DNA from: Pseudomonadota bacterium
GTDB taxonomy: Bacteria; Pseudomonadota; Alphaproteobacteria; Sphingomonadales; Sphingomonadaceae
Assembly: GCA_049323815.1 (NCBI GenBank)
Contig: JBMOOB010000020.1
Span: 20,184 to 84,183 of the forward strand
Direction: 5' to 3'
Length of the DNA stretch: 64,000 nt
Shown: one piece after another, positions 47,839-56,962 of the stretch
How positions within the stretch are numbered: position 1 is the stretch's first letter
Layout of the letters: the number at the start of each line of letters is the position of its first letter
Program-made: the position numbers and the translations under genes
Notes under the pieces: model-generated
The model's input: only the letters and a program-made list of their open reading frames with translations
What the model was told of the DNA's origin: nothing
The model's database searches: none

Positions 47839-48453
47839 ATGGCGACCCACGCCGACATCATGGAAACCATCCCCGCGGCGCCGCGTCCTGCGGCGCGCGA
47901 AGCGTTGGAAATGCTGGCCAGTCGACGTTCGCCGGCCCCCGACACGCTGGTCGCGCCAGCCCCCGGCGCCGAGGAAATCGAAACGATGCTGCGCATCGCG
48001 ACGCGGGTGCCCGACCATGGCCGCATCGCGCCATGGCGACTGATCCTGATCGCCGGAGAGGCAAAGGCCAACTGGCTCGCGAAGCTGATGGAGATCGCCG
48101 AATCGCGCGACGACGCACCCAAGGCGCGTGTCTCCGCGCGCAAGCTCGCGAGCGCGCCGCTCGTCGTGGTGCTGGTGTCGTCCCCGACGCCAGGGCACAA
48201 GATTCCCGAGTGGGAACAACAGCTATCGGCGGGCGCGGTCGGCATGAACCTGCTCCACGCCGCGCACGCGCTGGGTTATGGCGCCAACTGGCTGACCGGC
48301 TGGCACGCGTACGACCCCGCCGCGACCGCGCTGCTGGGCCTGGGCGAGCAGGAGAAGGTCGCGGCGGTGATGCCGATGGGCACAGTCGCCCAGCCGACGG
48401 CGGAACGCGAGCGCCCGGACACCGACCGTATCGCTACATGGCTGGAGCTCTGA
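47839..48453 (+). CDS. Nitroreductase family protein (YdjA-like)
   Basis: LASRRSP, RVPDHGRIAPWR, EWEQQLSAGA, GYGANWLTGW. Confidence 0.9.
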   Translation: MATHADIMETIPAAPRPAAREALEMLASRRSPAPDTLVAPAPGAEEIETMLRIATRVPDHGRIAPWRLILIAGEAKANWLAKLMEIAESRDDAPKARVSARKLASAPLVVVLVSSPTPGHKIPEWEQQLSAGAVGMNLLHAAHALGYGANWLTGWHAYDPAATALLGLGEQEKVAAVMPMGTVAQPTAERERPDTDRIATWLEL

Positions 48454-48641
48454 ACGGCGTTTCGGGCGTGGCAACGTGCCTGTCAGACATTCCGCGCTCC
48501 CGCCGCGGCAAGGACGCGCCCGAACGTCGCATCGGCGCTGCGCGGGGGAGCAGTGCGCCCCCGCGCATCCCGAATGAAAGAAGCACTCGCCTTACCCCGG
48601 TCGTCGCGCACGCCCGTCCCGCGCGGGACGACGCCCGACAG

Positions 48642-49424
48642 TCAGGCACGAAGCGCGGCGGACGATACGGTCTGGCTGGTGTCGAACCCGTGGCGACGCT
48701 CGCCCCCACCGCCCGAATAATGCTCGCGGATCGCGCGCTCGGCGGTCATCGCGTCGCCTTCGGCAATGGCGCGATAGATGCGCTCATGCTCGCGCGCCAG
48801 CGACAGGCGGACCGACCGGTCGACGAAGGTCCCGTGCACGGCATTGTCCAGTGCATGCGTATCGACCTGCGCGGTCCACATCTGCTCCAGCGCGCCGACC
48901 ACCAGGCTCATCGTCTGGTTGCCGCAATACGCGACCAGTTCGGTATGGAACGCGCGGGCAAGCGGAATGAACCGGCTGGGTTCGTCGATCGCTTCCATGC
49001 TGGCGTCGATGTTGGCGCGCAGCCGCGGCAGCACCGTCGTCTCGCGGTCGGGACGCATCGCCGCCTGCGCCGCGCAGGCGGGCTCCAGCAGGCGCATCGC
49101 GTCGATCAGGTCGATCAGCGGCACGCCACGCGACTGAAGCACCAGCGCCAGCATATAGGCCGCAGTCCCGGGCTGCGGCAGATGGACGATCGCGCCGCCC
49201 ACATTGCCGCGCAGCACGGTGATGAGGCCTTCGGTTTCCAGGATGCGGAACGCCTCGCGGATCGCGGGCGGACTGACGCCGAATTCGGTCATCAGTTCGT
49301 CTTGCTTGGGAAGCAGCGCGCCGTCGCTCAACGTGCCCGAAAGGATGCGCGCGCGCAGGCTGTCCGCGACGATTTCGGCGACACGCGGCTGGCGAAGGCG
49401 CCGCTTCGTCCTGAACTGTTCCAT
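48642..49424 (-). CDS. GntR family regulator (FadR subfamily)
   Basis: LPKQDELMTEFGVSPPAIREAFRILETEGLI wHTH followed by an FCD domain. Confidence 0.92.
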   Translation of the reverse strand: MEQFRTKRRLRQPRVAEIVADSLRARILSGTLSDGALLPKQDELMTEFGVSPPAIREAFRILETEGLITVLRGNVGGAIVHLPQPGTAAYMLALVLQSRGVPLIDLIDAMRLLEPACAAQAAMRPDRETTVLPRLRANIDASMEAIDEPSRFIPLARAFHTELVAYCGNQTMSLVVGALEQMWTAQVDTHALDNAVHGTFVDRSVRLSLAREHERIYRAIAEGDAMTAERAIREHYSGGGGERRHGFDTSQTVSSAALRA

Positions 49425-49572
49425 CCCCTAGGCTTCCAATCCGTCAATGCCGCCCGGAACCTGTTGCCCCGTCCGGAGGGCCGAAAGGCGCAGGACATAC
49501 GCGCGCTATCCATCATTGCAAGTCTGTGACGAATATCATCGCGCCAAATCAAAGACAAATGGGAGAGAGACG

Positions 49573-50493
49573 ATGCCCACCGATCCAAAGCGGATGCAAA
49601 GCTTTACCATCAGCATCACGCCCTTCACCGCCGGAGGCGCGATCGACGAAGCGGGGTTGCGCGCGCATCTGACTCGGCTGGGCGCGGCGGGCGTCGGCGT
49701 CTATGTCGGCGGAGGCGGCAGCGGCGAAGGCTATACGCTGGACGATGCCGAGACCGAGCGGCTGCTGGCGATCGCGGTCGAGACGCTGAAGGGCGTGGTG
49801 CCGATCCGCGCGATGGGCGTCGAGCCGCGCACCGCGAAGCAGATGATCGCCTTTCTGGAGCGTGCAGAGCGCGCCGGCATGGACGCAGCGCAGGTCTATT
49901 CGCTCGACGTCGGGCATGGCCATGTGCCGACGCCGAAGGAACTCGACGCCTATTTCGACGAAGTGATGCGCAACAGTTCGATGCCGCTGGTGCTGTCGAC
50001 GCACCAGTCGGTCGGCTATGTCATCCCTGCGCCGGTCATTATCGAACTGTTCGCGCGACACCCGCATCTGACCGGACTGAACATCAGCCATCAGGATCCG
50101 AACTACCTGCGCACGCTGATCGACGCGCTGGGCGACCGCATCGACATCTGCGTCGGCGGACCGCATCAGGCGCCGATGGCGCTGGCGCTGGGCGCGCAGG
50201 GGTTCCTGACGTCGGAGGGCAATCTGGCGCCGCGCCTGGTGATGCGCGTGGTTGACGCGGCGCGGCGCGGCGACGGCAATGCATTCCTGGACGAATGGGG
50301 CAAGCTGCTGCGGCTGTTCATGGCGCTCTACGGCAATGGCGGCATCCGGGTGACCAAGGCAGTGCTGACGAAGCTGGGCGCGGCGGGCGGCTATCCGCGC
50401 GCGCCGCGCCTGCCGTCGGAGGACGATGCGCTCGCCCGCGCGATGGACGTGGTCGAGGCGTTGGGCATCGCCGAGTCCGAAGGGTTGCGCTGA
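49573..50493 (+). CDS. DapA/NAL-family TIM-barrel protein lacking the Schiff-base lysine
   Basis: ITPFTAGGAIDEAGLRAHL..GGSGEG fold signature; VLSTHQ and GLNISH occupy the positions of LYN and GIKE/D. Confidence 0.8.
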   Translation: MPTDPKRMQSFTISITPFTAGGAIDEAGLRAHLTRLGAAGVGVYVGGGGSGEGYTLDDAETERLLAIAVETLKGVVPIRAMGVEPRTAKQMIAFLERAERAGMDAAQVYSLDVGHGHVPTPKELDAYFDEVMRNSSMPLVLSTHQSVGYVIPAPVIIELFARHPHLTGLNISHQDPNYLRTLIDALGDRIDICVGGPHQAPMALALGAQGFLTSEGNLAPRLVMRVVDAARRGDGNAFLDEWGKLLRLFMALYGNGGIRVTKAVLTKLGAAGGYPRAPRLPSEDDALARAMDVVEALGIAESEGLR

Positions 50494-50561
50494 ACCGACG
50501 CTGGAGACAGGGTTCGCGCGGGGGAGATTGGCGAGTGCCCTATCGCTCTCCTTGTGAAAGA

Positions 50562-50755
50562 GTTTCACGAAGAGGCGCGGAGAGGGTGCGGCCGACTCAC
50601 CGCCGTCCTTGCGAGGAGCAAAGCGACGAAGCAATCGAGTCATCTCCCAGCCAAAACCGGGCGACTGGGTTGCTTCGCTCGCAACGACGGCAATATTCGG
50701 GCGGGCGCCTTTCTCTCTTTATTATCTCATTCCCTCCGCGCTCTTCGCGTGAAAC
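50562..50755. repeat. Repeat family B copy 2 with family A copy 4 (50602-50691) nested inside
   Basis: Outer arms GTTTCACGAAGAGGCGCGGAGAGGG / CCCTCCGCGCTCTTCGCGTGAAAC; inner GCCGTCCTTGCGAGGAGCAAAGCGACGAAGCAATC..GTTGCTTCGCTCGCAACGACGGC. Confidence 0.75.
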
Positions 50756-50771
50756 AAATACTCGCGCGCCC

Positions 50772-50805
50772 AAACAAAAAACCGCCCCGGTACGAACCGG
50801 GACGG
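50772..50805 (-). terminator. Rho-independent terminator of the amidohydrolase/Coq4-like unit
   Basis: Hairpin CCGCCCCGGT-ACGA-ACCGGGACGG preceded on + by AAACAAAAAA (a U-tract on the minus strand). Confidence 0.7.
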
Positions 50806-50842
50806 CGAGTTGCGACCATGGGGTAATGACGTTGCGGTCGAA

Positions 50843-51724
50843 TTACTCGGCGGCGATCGCCTTGGGCATCGGATCGCCATCGGGCCCGTCGTCCAGGCTG
50901 GCGATGCGTTCGTCCCAGAAGGCCGATTCGCGCGACGTGTCGATCGTGTAGGCGCCGCGCACGCCGAACTTCCGCCGCGCTTCTTCGAGCGGCAGGTCGA
51001 GCCAGTCCTCATAATGCGGCAGGAACAGCGGATCGGATTCGCGGCCGATCCGCATGCCGTGCTCGGCCAGGTCCCACATCTTCAGGAACAGCTCGGGATA
51101 GTGCAGCGGCCCGCGCACGAACATCGGCACGGTCAGCAGCGTGTTCTGCACATTGAGCAGCCCCGCCAGCTCCGGCGAGAAATAGCGGAACAGATTGCCG
51201 TATTTCAGATAGGCCGGGATGATCTCGCCCAGCCCGTCAAAACCGCCACCGCCAAGGATGTGCATGAAGTCGTGGATCTGGACGCCGCGCAGGAAGAAAT
51301 ATTCGAACGACGAACGCGGTTCAAAGGTGGGGATGATGTCCACCTCCATGTTCGCGCCCTTCAGCTGCTTGTACCAGATGCCGCCCAGCGACCCTTCGGG
51401 GCACGACGCCATGTCCTCGCGCGTCAGCCGCGCGAGCCAGCGTTCGTCGAGCCATGTGTCGAGTTCGGGCCAGCCGAGCCGTGCCTCGTTGAACAGCGCC
51501 TCGATCCGCGCATGGTCCTGGATCTCGCGCACCGCCTCGATCAACATCGGGATGCCATAGGTCGGCGGCATGTCGCGGCCGTTGCGCTTCAACGTCTGCG
51601 TCGTGATCCATTCGCGGATACGATAGTCGTTCAGATATTTGGACGACGAAATGAGCGCGGTGCTCTCCGTCGCGACTGCCTTCCGCCCCCTTTGGAGGTA
51701 CGGAAGATCCTCTTCCTTCACCAT
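50843..51724 (-). CDS. Coq4-like metal-binding protein
   Basis: CPEGSLG and HDFMH-x11-E (HDFMHILGGGGFDGLGE), the Coq4 HDxxH-x11-E motif. Confidence 0.78.
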   Translation of the reverse strand: MVKEEDLPYLQRGRKAVATESTALISSSKYLNDYRIREWITTQTLKRNGRDMPPTYGIPMLIEAVREIQDHARIEALFNEARLGWPELDTWLDERWLARLTREDMASCPEGSLGGIWYKQLKGANMEVDIIPTFEPRSSFEYFFLRGVQIHDFMHILGGGGFDGLGEIIPAYLKYGNLFRYFSPELAGLLNVQNTLLTVPMFVRGPLHYPELFLKMWDLAEHGMRIGRESDPLFLPHYEDWLDLPLEEARRKFGVRGAYTIDTSRESAFWDERIASLDDGPDGDPMPKAIAAE

Positions 51725-51755
51725 ATTTTCTCCTCCTGCTTGCGATCGAGGGGCG

Positions 51756-53501
51756 TCAGGCCGCGACCGCGGCGTCGGCCACCTCGATCACCGGGCTTAC
51801 GAACGTACCGGGCAGCGCGCCCGTGAACGCGCCATTCTCAAATGTCGCTACGCCGTTCACCAGCGTCAGCCGCATCGGCGCGGCGTCACGGCTGAACCGC
51901 CAGGTCAGCCCGCCCTCGCCGTCCGGCACGTCGAAGCTGCGCTTCAACGGGCGCGTTTCGATCTCGTCCAGATTGAACACGGCGATGTCGGCGCGCATGC
52001 CGGGCTTCAGATAGCCGCGGTCGCCGAAGTTGAAATGCTCGGCCTGCTTGCCCGTCTGGACATAGACCGCTTCTTCCAGCGTCAGCTCGCCGTTTTTCAC
52101 GAACTGGGTGAAGAACAGGATATTCTCGCCGCCGCCGCACAGCATCTGGCCGTGCGCGCCCGCGTCGGAAATGCCGCCGACGGTCCGCGTCGACTTGAGC
52201 ATCTGGATCGTCTTTTCATGCTCCATCGGATGCGGCACGCGATTGACGATCGACTGGACGCCGTTTTCGATCACCCAGTCGGCCAGCGCGTCCGACGGAT
52301 GCACGCCGCGCTGTTCGGCCAGGTCCTTGAGCGTCAGACCGAGCGGCCCCGCGCCGGTTTCCGAATCCATCAGCAGCATCATGTGCGGATTGGCGACCAG
52401 CGACTGCTTGAACGCCTTGTTATCCCAGCTGTCGCGCGCCTGGGCGCGGAATTCGGGATCGCGCAGCAGCGCGAGCTTCGCTTCCTCGGTCGGCGCCTGG
52501 ACGACCTGATGCCAGACATATTCGTTCGCCTGGGCGAACGACGAGCTGGAGAAGAAATTGAGCGCCGTCGTCGGCGGTACATGCGCGAAGCTCGGCCAGA
52601 AATCGAGGTCGTCTTCCTTCTGACGCGCGGTAATTTCCCACATCTTGTCGCGGATCGTGTCCTGGAAGCGCAACAGGCCGCCGGCGCCGGCAAGCTGGAC
52701 GCGCACGCCCAGGCCGCGGCACAAGTCGCCGAGCCGCTCCATCTGCTCGGGCGCCTTCAAGTGGAAAAAGGTGTCGAGGATGACCTGCAGCTGCGTGCCA
52801 TGGTTGCGCGCCAGCACGCCCAGCAGCGCCTTCCATTCGGCGTCGTCGGCGACCAGGCTGGGGACCGGACGGTCCTTGCTGTCATGGTCCATCAGGTTCG
52901 ACGACATGCCCAGCGCGCCCGCGCGGATGCCGTCTTCCAGCAGCGCGCACATCTTTTCGATCTCTTCAGGCGTCGCGGTGCGCGACCAGGCATCCATGCC
53001 CATCACCGCCAGGCGGATGGCGATATGGCCGACATAGCCGGCGATGTTGGTCGACGTCGGGCAGTTCTTTTCCACCGACGCGCGATATTCCGACCAGGTG
53101 CGCCAGTCCCAGGGCAGCCGGTCGAGGAACGGCTGGATCGGCACTTCCTCGAAGAAAGTGAAGATCTTGACCATCTCAAGCCGCACTTCGGGATCGTCCG
53201 AAACGGGCGCGGCGGTGAAGCCGCAATTGCCGATCACGGCGGTCGTCACGCCATAGCCGGGGAGCGGGTCGAGGCTCGGCTGCCACCACATCACGGCATC
53301 CATGTGCGTGTGGCATTCGATGAAGCCCGGCGTGACCAGGCAATCGGTCGCGTCGACCACGCGTTCGTCGGTGCCGGCGGCCAGGTCCGGCGCGATCTCG
53401 GCGATGCTGCCGTCGCGCACGCGCACATCGGCGACATAACGCGGCGCGCCGGTACCGTCGACGACCGTGCCGCCCTTGATGAGGATATTCTCCACAGCCA
53501 C
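51756..53501 (-). CDS. Amidohydrolase, N-acyl-D-amino-acid deacylase-like
   Basis: IKGGTVVDGTG, VTPGFIECHTHMD, GVTTAVIGNCG, ISDAGAH, GMRADIAVF. Confidence 0.88.
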   Translation of the reverse strand: MAVENILIKGGTVVDGTGAPRYVADVRVRDGSIAEIAPDLAAGTDERVVDATDCLVTPGFIECHTHMDAVMWWQPSLDPLPGYGVTTAVIGNCGFTAAPVSDDPEVRLEMVKIFTFFEEVPIQPFLDRLPWDWRTWSEYRASVEKNCPTSTNIAGYVGHIAIRLAVMGMDAWSRTATPEEIEKMCALLEDGIRAGALGMSSNLMDHDSKDRPVPSLVADDAEWKALLGVLARNHGTQLQVILDTFFHLKAPEQMERLGDLCRGLGVRVQLAGAGGLLRFQDTIRDKMWEITARQKEDDLDFWPSFAHVPPTTALNFFSSSSFAQANEYVWHQVVQAPTEEAKLALLRDPEFRAQARDSWDNKAFKQSLVANPHMMLLMDSETGAGPLGLTLKDLAEQRGVHPSDALADWVIENGVQSIVNRVPHPMEHEKTIQMLKSTRTVGGISDAGAHGQMLCGGGENILFFTQFVKNGELTLEEAVYVQTGKQAEHFNFGDRGYLKPGMRADIAVFNLDEIETRPLKRSFDVPDGEGGLTWRFSRDAAPMRLTLVNGVATFENGAFTGALPGTFVSPVIEVADAAVAA

Positions 53502-53521
53502 TCTCCCGTTCTTATTCGCTC

Positions 53522-53533
53522 TGTATCGTTACA
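53522..53533. promoter_or_regulatory. Palindrome TGTATCGTTACA upstream of the deacylase gene
   Basis: 12 bp with one mismatched pair; shares the core TAACGATA with the operator at 16585-16600. Confidence 0.45.
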
Positions 53534-53618
53534 ATGATTACACCGATTGAATCGCATTGCCCAGCGAATTGCAAATGCTTTGCCGCTACGGCCGCCTCGC
53601 CTGGCGGCGCACCCGTGT

Positions 53619-54773
53619 TCAGGCGGGCACCGGCTCCAGCCGGTCGAGCCGCCGCTGACCGGCGATTTCGATGCCATAGCCTTCCAGCCCGACGAAGCTG
53701 TGCGCAGTGTTGGTGAGCAGCGTGACGCGGTGAATCCCCAGGTCGGTCAGCACCTGCGCGCCGATCCCATATTCGCGCAGCTCGACATGGCGCCCGCCCG
53801 CCTCCTCGCGTCCTTCCATCCGCGCGCGGATGACGCAGGCAGTCAGGTCGGGCGCCGGGGACCGCAGCAGCACCAGCACGCCGCTGCCCTGTTCCGCGAT
53901 CGCCCGCATCGCGCGTTCGATCAGCCCGGAGCGGGGGTCGTCCTCGGCCAGCAGGTCGGCGAACGGCGTCTGCACATGCATGCGGACCAGCACCGGGTCG
54001 GCCGGGTCGATCCGCCCCTTCACCAGCGCGACGACTTCGCCGCCCTGCACGGTATTGGCATAGGCGATGACGCGCCAGTCGCCGCCCCAGCGGCTGGTGA
54101 AGCGCATCTCCTCGCGCCGCGCAACCAGATGGTCGTGGCGGCGGCGATAGGCGATCAGGTCGCGGATCGTGCCGATCTTCAGCCCATGGAACTGCGCGAA
54201 CGACACCAGGTCATTCAGCCGCGCCATCGTGCCGTCGTCGTTCATGATTTCGCAAATCACGCCCGACGGATTGAGCCCCGCCAGCCGCGCGACGTCGACC
54301 GCCGCCTCGGTATGTCCCGCGCGGACCAGCACGCCACCTTCGCGCGCAACCAGCGGAAAGACATGGCCCGGCGTCACGATCGCGTCGGGGCCGTTGGCGG
54401 CGTCGATCGCGACGGCAATCGTTCGCGCACGGTCCCCCGCCGAAATGCCGGTGGTGACGCCTTCCCTGGCTTCGATTGACACCGTAAACGCGGTTTCGTG
54501 GCGCGTGCCGTTCGACCGGCTCATCAGGTCGAGCCCGAGCTGGTCGACGCGCTTCTTGCTCATCGCCAGGCAGATCAGCCCCCGGCCATGGGTCGCCATG
54601 AAATTGATCGCGTCGGGCGTCGCCATCTGCGCGGGGATGACCAGATCGCCTTCATTCTCGCGATCCTCGTCATCGACCAGGATGAACATGCGCCCGTTGC
54701 GCGCCTCGTCGATGATCTCCTCGGGCGAGGAGAGGAAGGCGTGGCGGCGGGGAAGACGGACGGGCTGGGCCAT
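53619..54773 (-). CDS. ribB: 3,4-dihydroxy-2-butanone-4-phosphate synthase fused to a degenerate GTP cyclohydrolase II domain (RibBX-type)
   Basis: LVDDEDRENEGDL, TAFTVS, PGHVFPL, RAGHTEA. The C-terminal domain reads RMHVQTPFADL and lacks the GCHII Zn cysteines. Confidence 0.88.
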   Translation of the reverse strand: MAQPVRLPRRHAFLSSPEEIIDEARNGRMFILVDDEDRENEGDLVIPAQMATPDAINFMATHGRGLICLAMSKKRVDQLGLDLMSRSNGTRHETAFTVSIEAREGVTTGISAGDRARTIAVAIDAANGPDAIVTPGHVFPLVAREGGVLVRAGHTEAAVDVARLAGLNPSGVICEIMNDDGTMARLNDLVSFAQFHGLKIGTIRDLIAYRRRHDHLVARREEMRFTSRWGGDWRVIAYANTVQGGEVVALVKGRIDPADPVLVRMHVQTPFADLLAEDDPRSGLIERAMRAIAEQGSGVLVLLRSPAPDLTACVIRARMEGREEAGGRHVELREYGIGAQVLTDLGIHRVTLLTNTAHSFVGLEGYGIEIAGQRRLDRLEPVPA

Positions 54774-54774
54774 G

Positions 54775-55977
54775 TCACAAAACCTCGAACAGGCCGGCGG
54801 CGCCCATGCCACCACCGACGCACATGGTAACGACGACATGCTTGACGCCGCGCCGCTTCCCCTCGATCAGCGCGTGGCCGACCATGCGCGCGCCCGACAT
54901 GCCGAACGGGTGGCCGATGGCGATCGCGCCGCCGCTGACGTTCAGCCGATCGTCGGGGATGCCCAGCCGGTCGCGGCAGGGCAGCACTTGCGCCGCAAAG
55001 GCTTCGTTCAACTCCCACAGGCCGATGTCGTCGATCGTCAGCCCGTGGCGGTCGAGCAGCTTCGGCACCGCGTGGATCGGGCCGATGCCCATTTCCTCAG
55101 GCGGGCAGCCGGCGACGGCGATGCCGCGATAGGCGCCGAGCGGCGCCAACCCCTCGCGCTCCGCGACGCGCGCCTCGACCAGCACCGACGCGGCGGCGCC
55201 GTCGGACAGCTGGCTGGCGTTGCCGGCAGTCACATGGCGGCCCGCGGCGATGACTTGGCCGCCCTTCCACACCGGCTTCAGGCTCCGCAGCCCTTCCAGC
55301 GTGGTATCGGCGCGCGCGCCTTCGTCGGCGGCGAGCCGCACTGTCCTGCGCGTGGTTTCGCCGGTCGCCTTGTCGCGGACAATCATTTCGCTTTCCATCG
55401 GCGCCAGCTCGGCATCGAACACGCCCGCCGCCTGCGCCGCGACGGTCCGCTGCTGGCTCTGCAGCGCATAGGCGTCCTGCGCGTCGCGGCTGATGCCATA
55501 GCGCTCGGCGACGATCTCGGCGGTTTCGATCATCTGGATATACATGTGCGGGCTGTGCGCGAGCACGCTCCGGTTCTGCGCGCGATAGGCGTTCTTATGC
55601 TCGTTTTGCGTCAGGCTGATCGATTCGACACCGCCGCCGACCGCCACGTCCATGCCGTCGTGCAGGATCTGCTTGGCGGCGGTGGCGATCGCCATCAGCC
55701 CGCTGGCGCACTGGCGGTCGATCGACATGCCCGCGACCTGCACCGGCAGCCCGGCGGCGGCGGCGGTCAGCCGGCCGATATTATAGCCTTGCGACCCCTG
55801 CTGCGCGGCGCAGCCCATGATGACGTCCTCGATCCGCGCCGGGTCGATCCCGGAGCGCCGCACCGCCTCCGCCACGGCATGGCCGGACAACGCCGTCGCA
55901 TCGGTATCGTTGAAGGCGCCCCGATAGGCTTTGCCGATGGGGGTCCGGGCAGTCGAGACGATCACGGCTTCGCGCAT
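54775..55977 (-). CDS. Acetyl-CoA C-acyltransferase (thiolase)
   Basis: [20 protein letters not shown]; RQCASG, NEAF, GHPFG, TMCVGGG - full catalytic set. Confidence 0.93.
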   Translation of the reverse strand: MREAVIVSTARTPIGKAYRGAFNDTDATALSGHAVAEAVRRSGIDPARIEDVIMGCAAQQGSQGYNIGRLTAAAAGLPVQVAGMSIDRQCASGLMAIATAAKQILHDGMDVAVGGGVESISLTQNEHKNAYRAQNRSVLAHSPHMYIQMIETAEIVAERYGISRDAQDAYALQSQQRTVAAQAAGVFDAELAPMESEMIVRDKATGETTRRTVRLAADEGARADTTLEGLRSLKPVWKGGQVIAAGRHVTAGNASQLSDGAAASVLVEARVAEREGLAPLGAYRGIAVAGCPPEEMGIGPIHAVPKLLDRHGLTIDDIGLWELNEAFAAQVLPCRDRLGIPDDRLNVSGGAIAIGHPFGMSGARMVGHALIEGKRRGVKHVVVTMCVGGGMGAAGLFEVL

Positions 55978-56232
55978 TGGGCACTCCGCAGACGCTCCCG
56001 CCTTGGGGAGCCGATTGGCGGCGGTTTTAGGCGCGGGCGCATCGGCGCGGCCAATGCCGTTGCGTGATCGCGACGGTATCGCCCGGGCATCGCGGCATCG
56101 CCCGTCGCCAGCGCGCGTAAAATCGGATCGCGCCAATCTCCGGACAGCATCGCCCGCGCGCCCGCGCTCGATTGACCGCGCATCCAACCTCTATAGTTTT
56201 GCGAGGATAGCACTCTGGAGAGGAACCGCATC

Positions 56233-56736
56233 ATGGACGAAGCCGCCAAGAAGACTGCGCTGCGCATGATCCCCTATGGCCTGTACGTGTTCACCGCGCG
56301 GACCGAGGACGGTACGCCGCACGCCGCGACGATCAACTGGGTGACGCAGACGTCGTTCGCGCCGCCGCTGGTGGCGATGGGCATCAAGGCGGATTCGGGC
56401 GTCTATGCCGCGTTCAAATCGGCCGGCGCGGGCGTGCTCAACATCCTGGGCAAGGGCCAGCAGGGTCCGGCCTTCGCCTTTTTCAAGCCAGCAGTCGAAG
56501 CCGAAGGCCTGTTGTCGGGCGAACCCTATGCCGATGCCGCCAGCGGCGCGCCGGTACTGGAGCGCGCGCCCGCCGCGCTGCATCTTAAACTGGTTGATAT
56601 CGTTGAACATGGCGACCATCACATCGTCGTCGCCGAAGTGACCGACGCCGAGATCAGCCTGCAGCCCGAGGGCCGCCCCGACGACGCCGTGCTGGCGATG
56701 CGCGATCTGGGCGACAAGGTCTTCTACGGCGGCTGA
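56233..56736 (+). CDS. Flavin reductase-like FMN-binding protein
   Basis: ALRMIPYGLYVFT, NWVTQTSFAPPLV, GDHHIVVAEV. Confidence 0.85.
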   Translation: MDEAAKKTALRMIPYGLYVFTARTEDGTPHAATINWVTQTSFAPPLVAMGIKADSGVYAAFKSAGAGVLNILGKGQQGPAFAFFKPAVEAEGLLSGEPYADAASGAPVLERAPAALHLKLVDIVEHGDHHIVVAEVTDAEISLQPEGRPDDAVLAMRDLGDKVFYGG

Positions 56737-56786
56737 GGCCCGCCCGCGCCCTCGGGTCGCATCGGGGAAACGTCGCTTCTTTGCCC

Positions 56787-56928
56787 GTTTCTCGCGAAGA
56801 CGCGGGGGCGCAGAGAGTTGCGCCCGGCCGAAGGCCAGGTCTTGGACTCTCGACGCTTCGTCCCGGAGCCATGCGAGGGGGAACCGCGGTTACGCCGCAC
56901 GCTGCCTCGCCGCGTCTTCGCATGGAAC
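56787..56928. repeat. Palindromic repeat family B, copy 3
   Basis: GTTTCTCGCGAAGACGCGGGGGCGCAGAG .. CCTCGCCGCGTCTTCGCATGGAAC between convergent genes. Confidence 0.6.
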
Positions 56929-56962
56929 CTCATTGCGCGAAGGAAAGCGGGCGCCCGCTCTA

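Noticed and set aside
56172-56197. TTGACC..TATAGT promoter upstream of the flavin reductase
   Set aside because: The 14-bp spacing is too short for sigma70, and an alternative sigma assignment cannot be supported from sequence alone.
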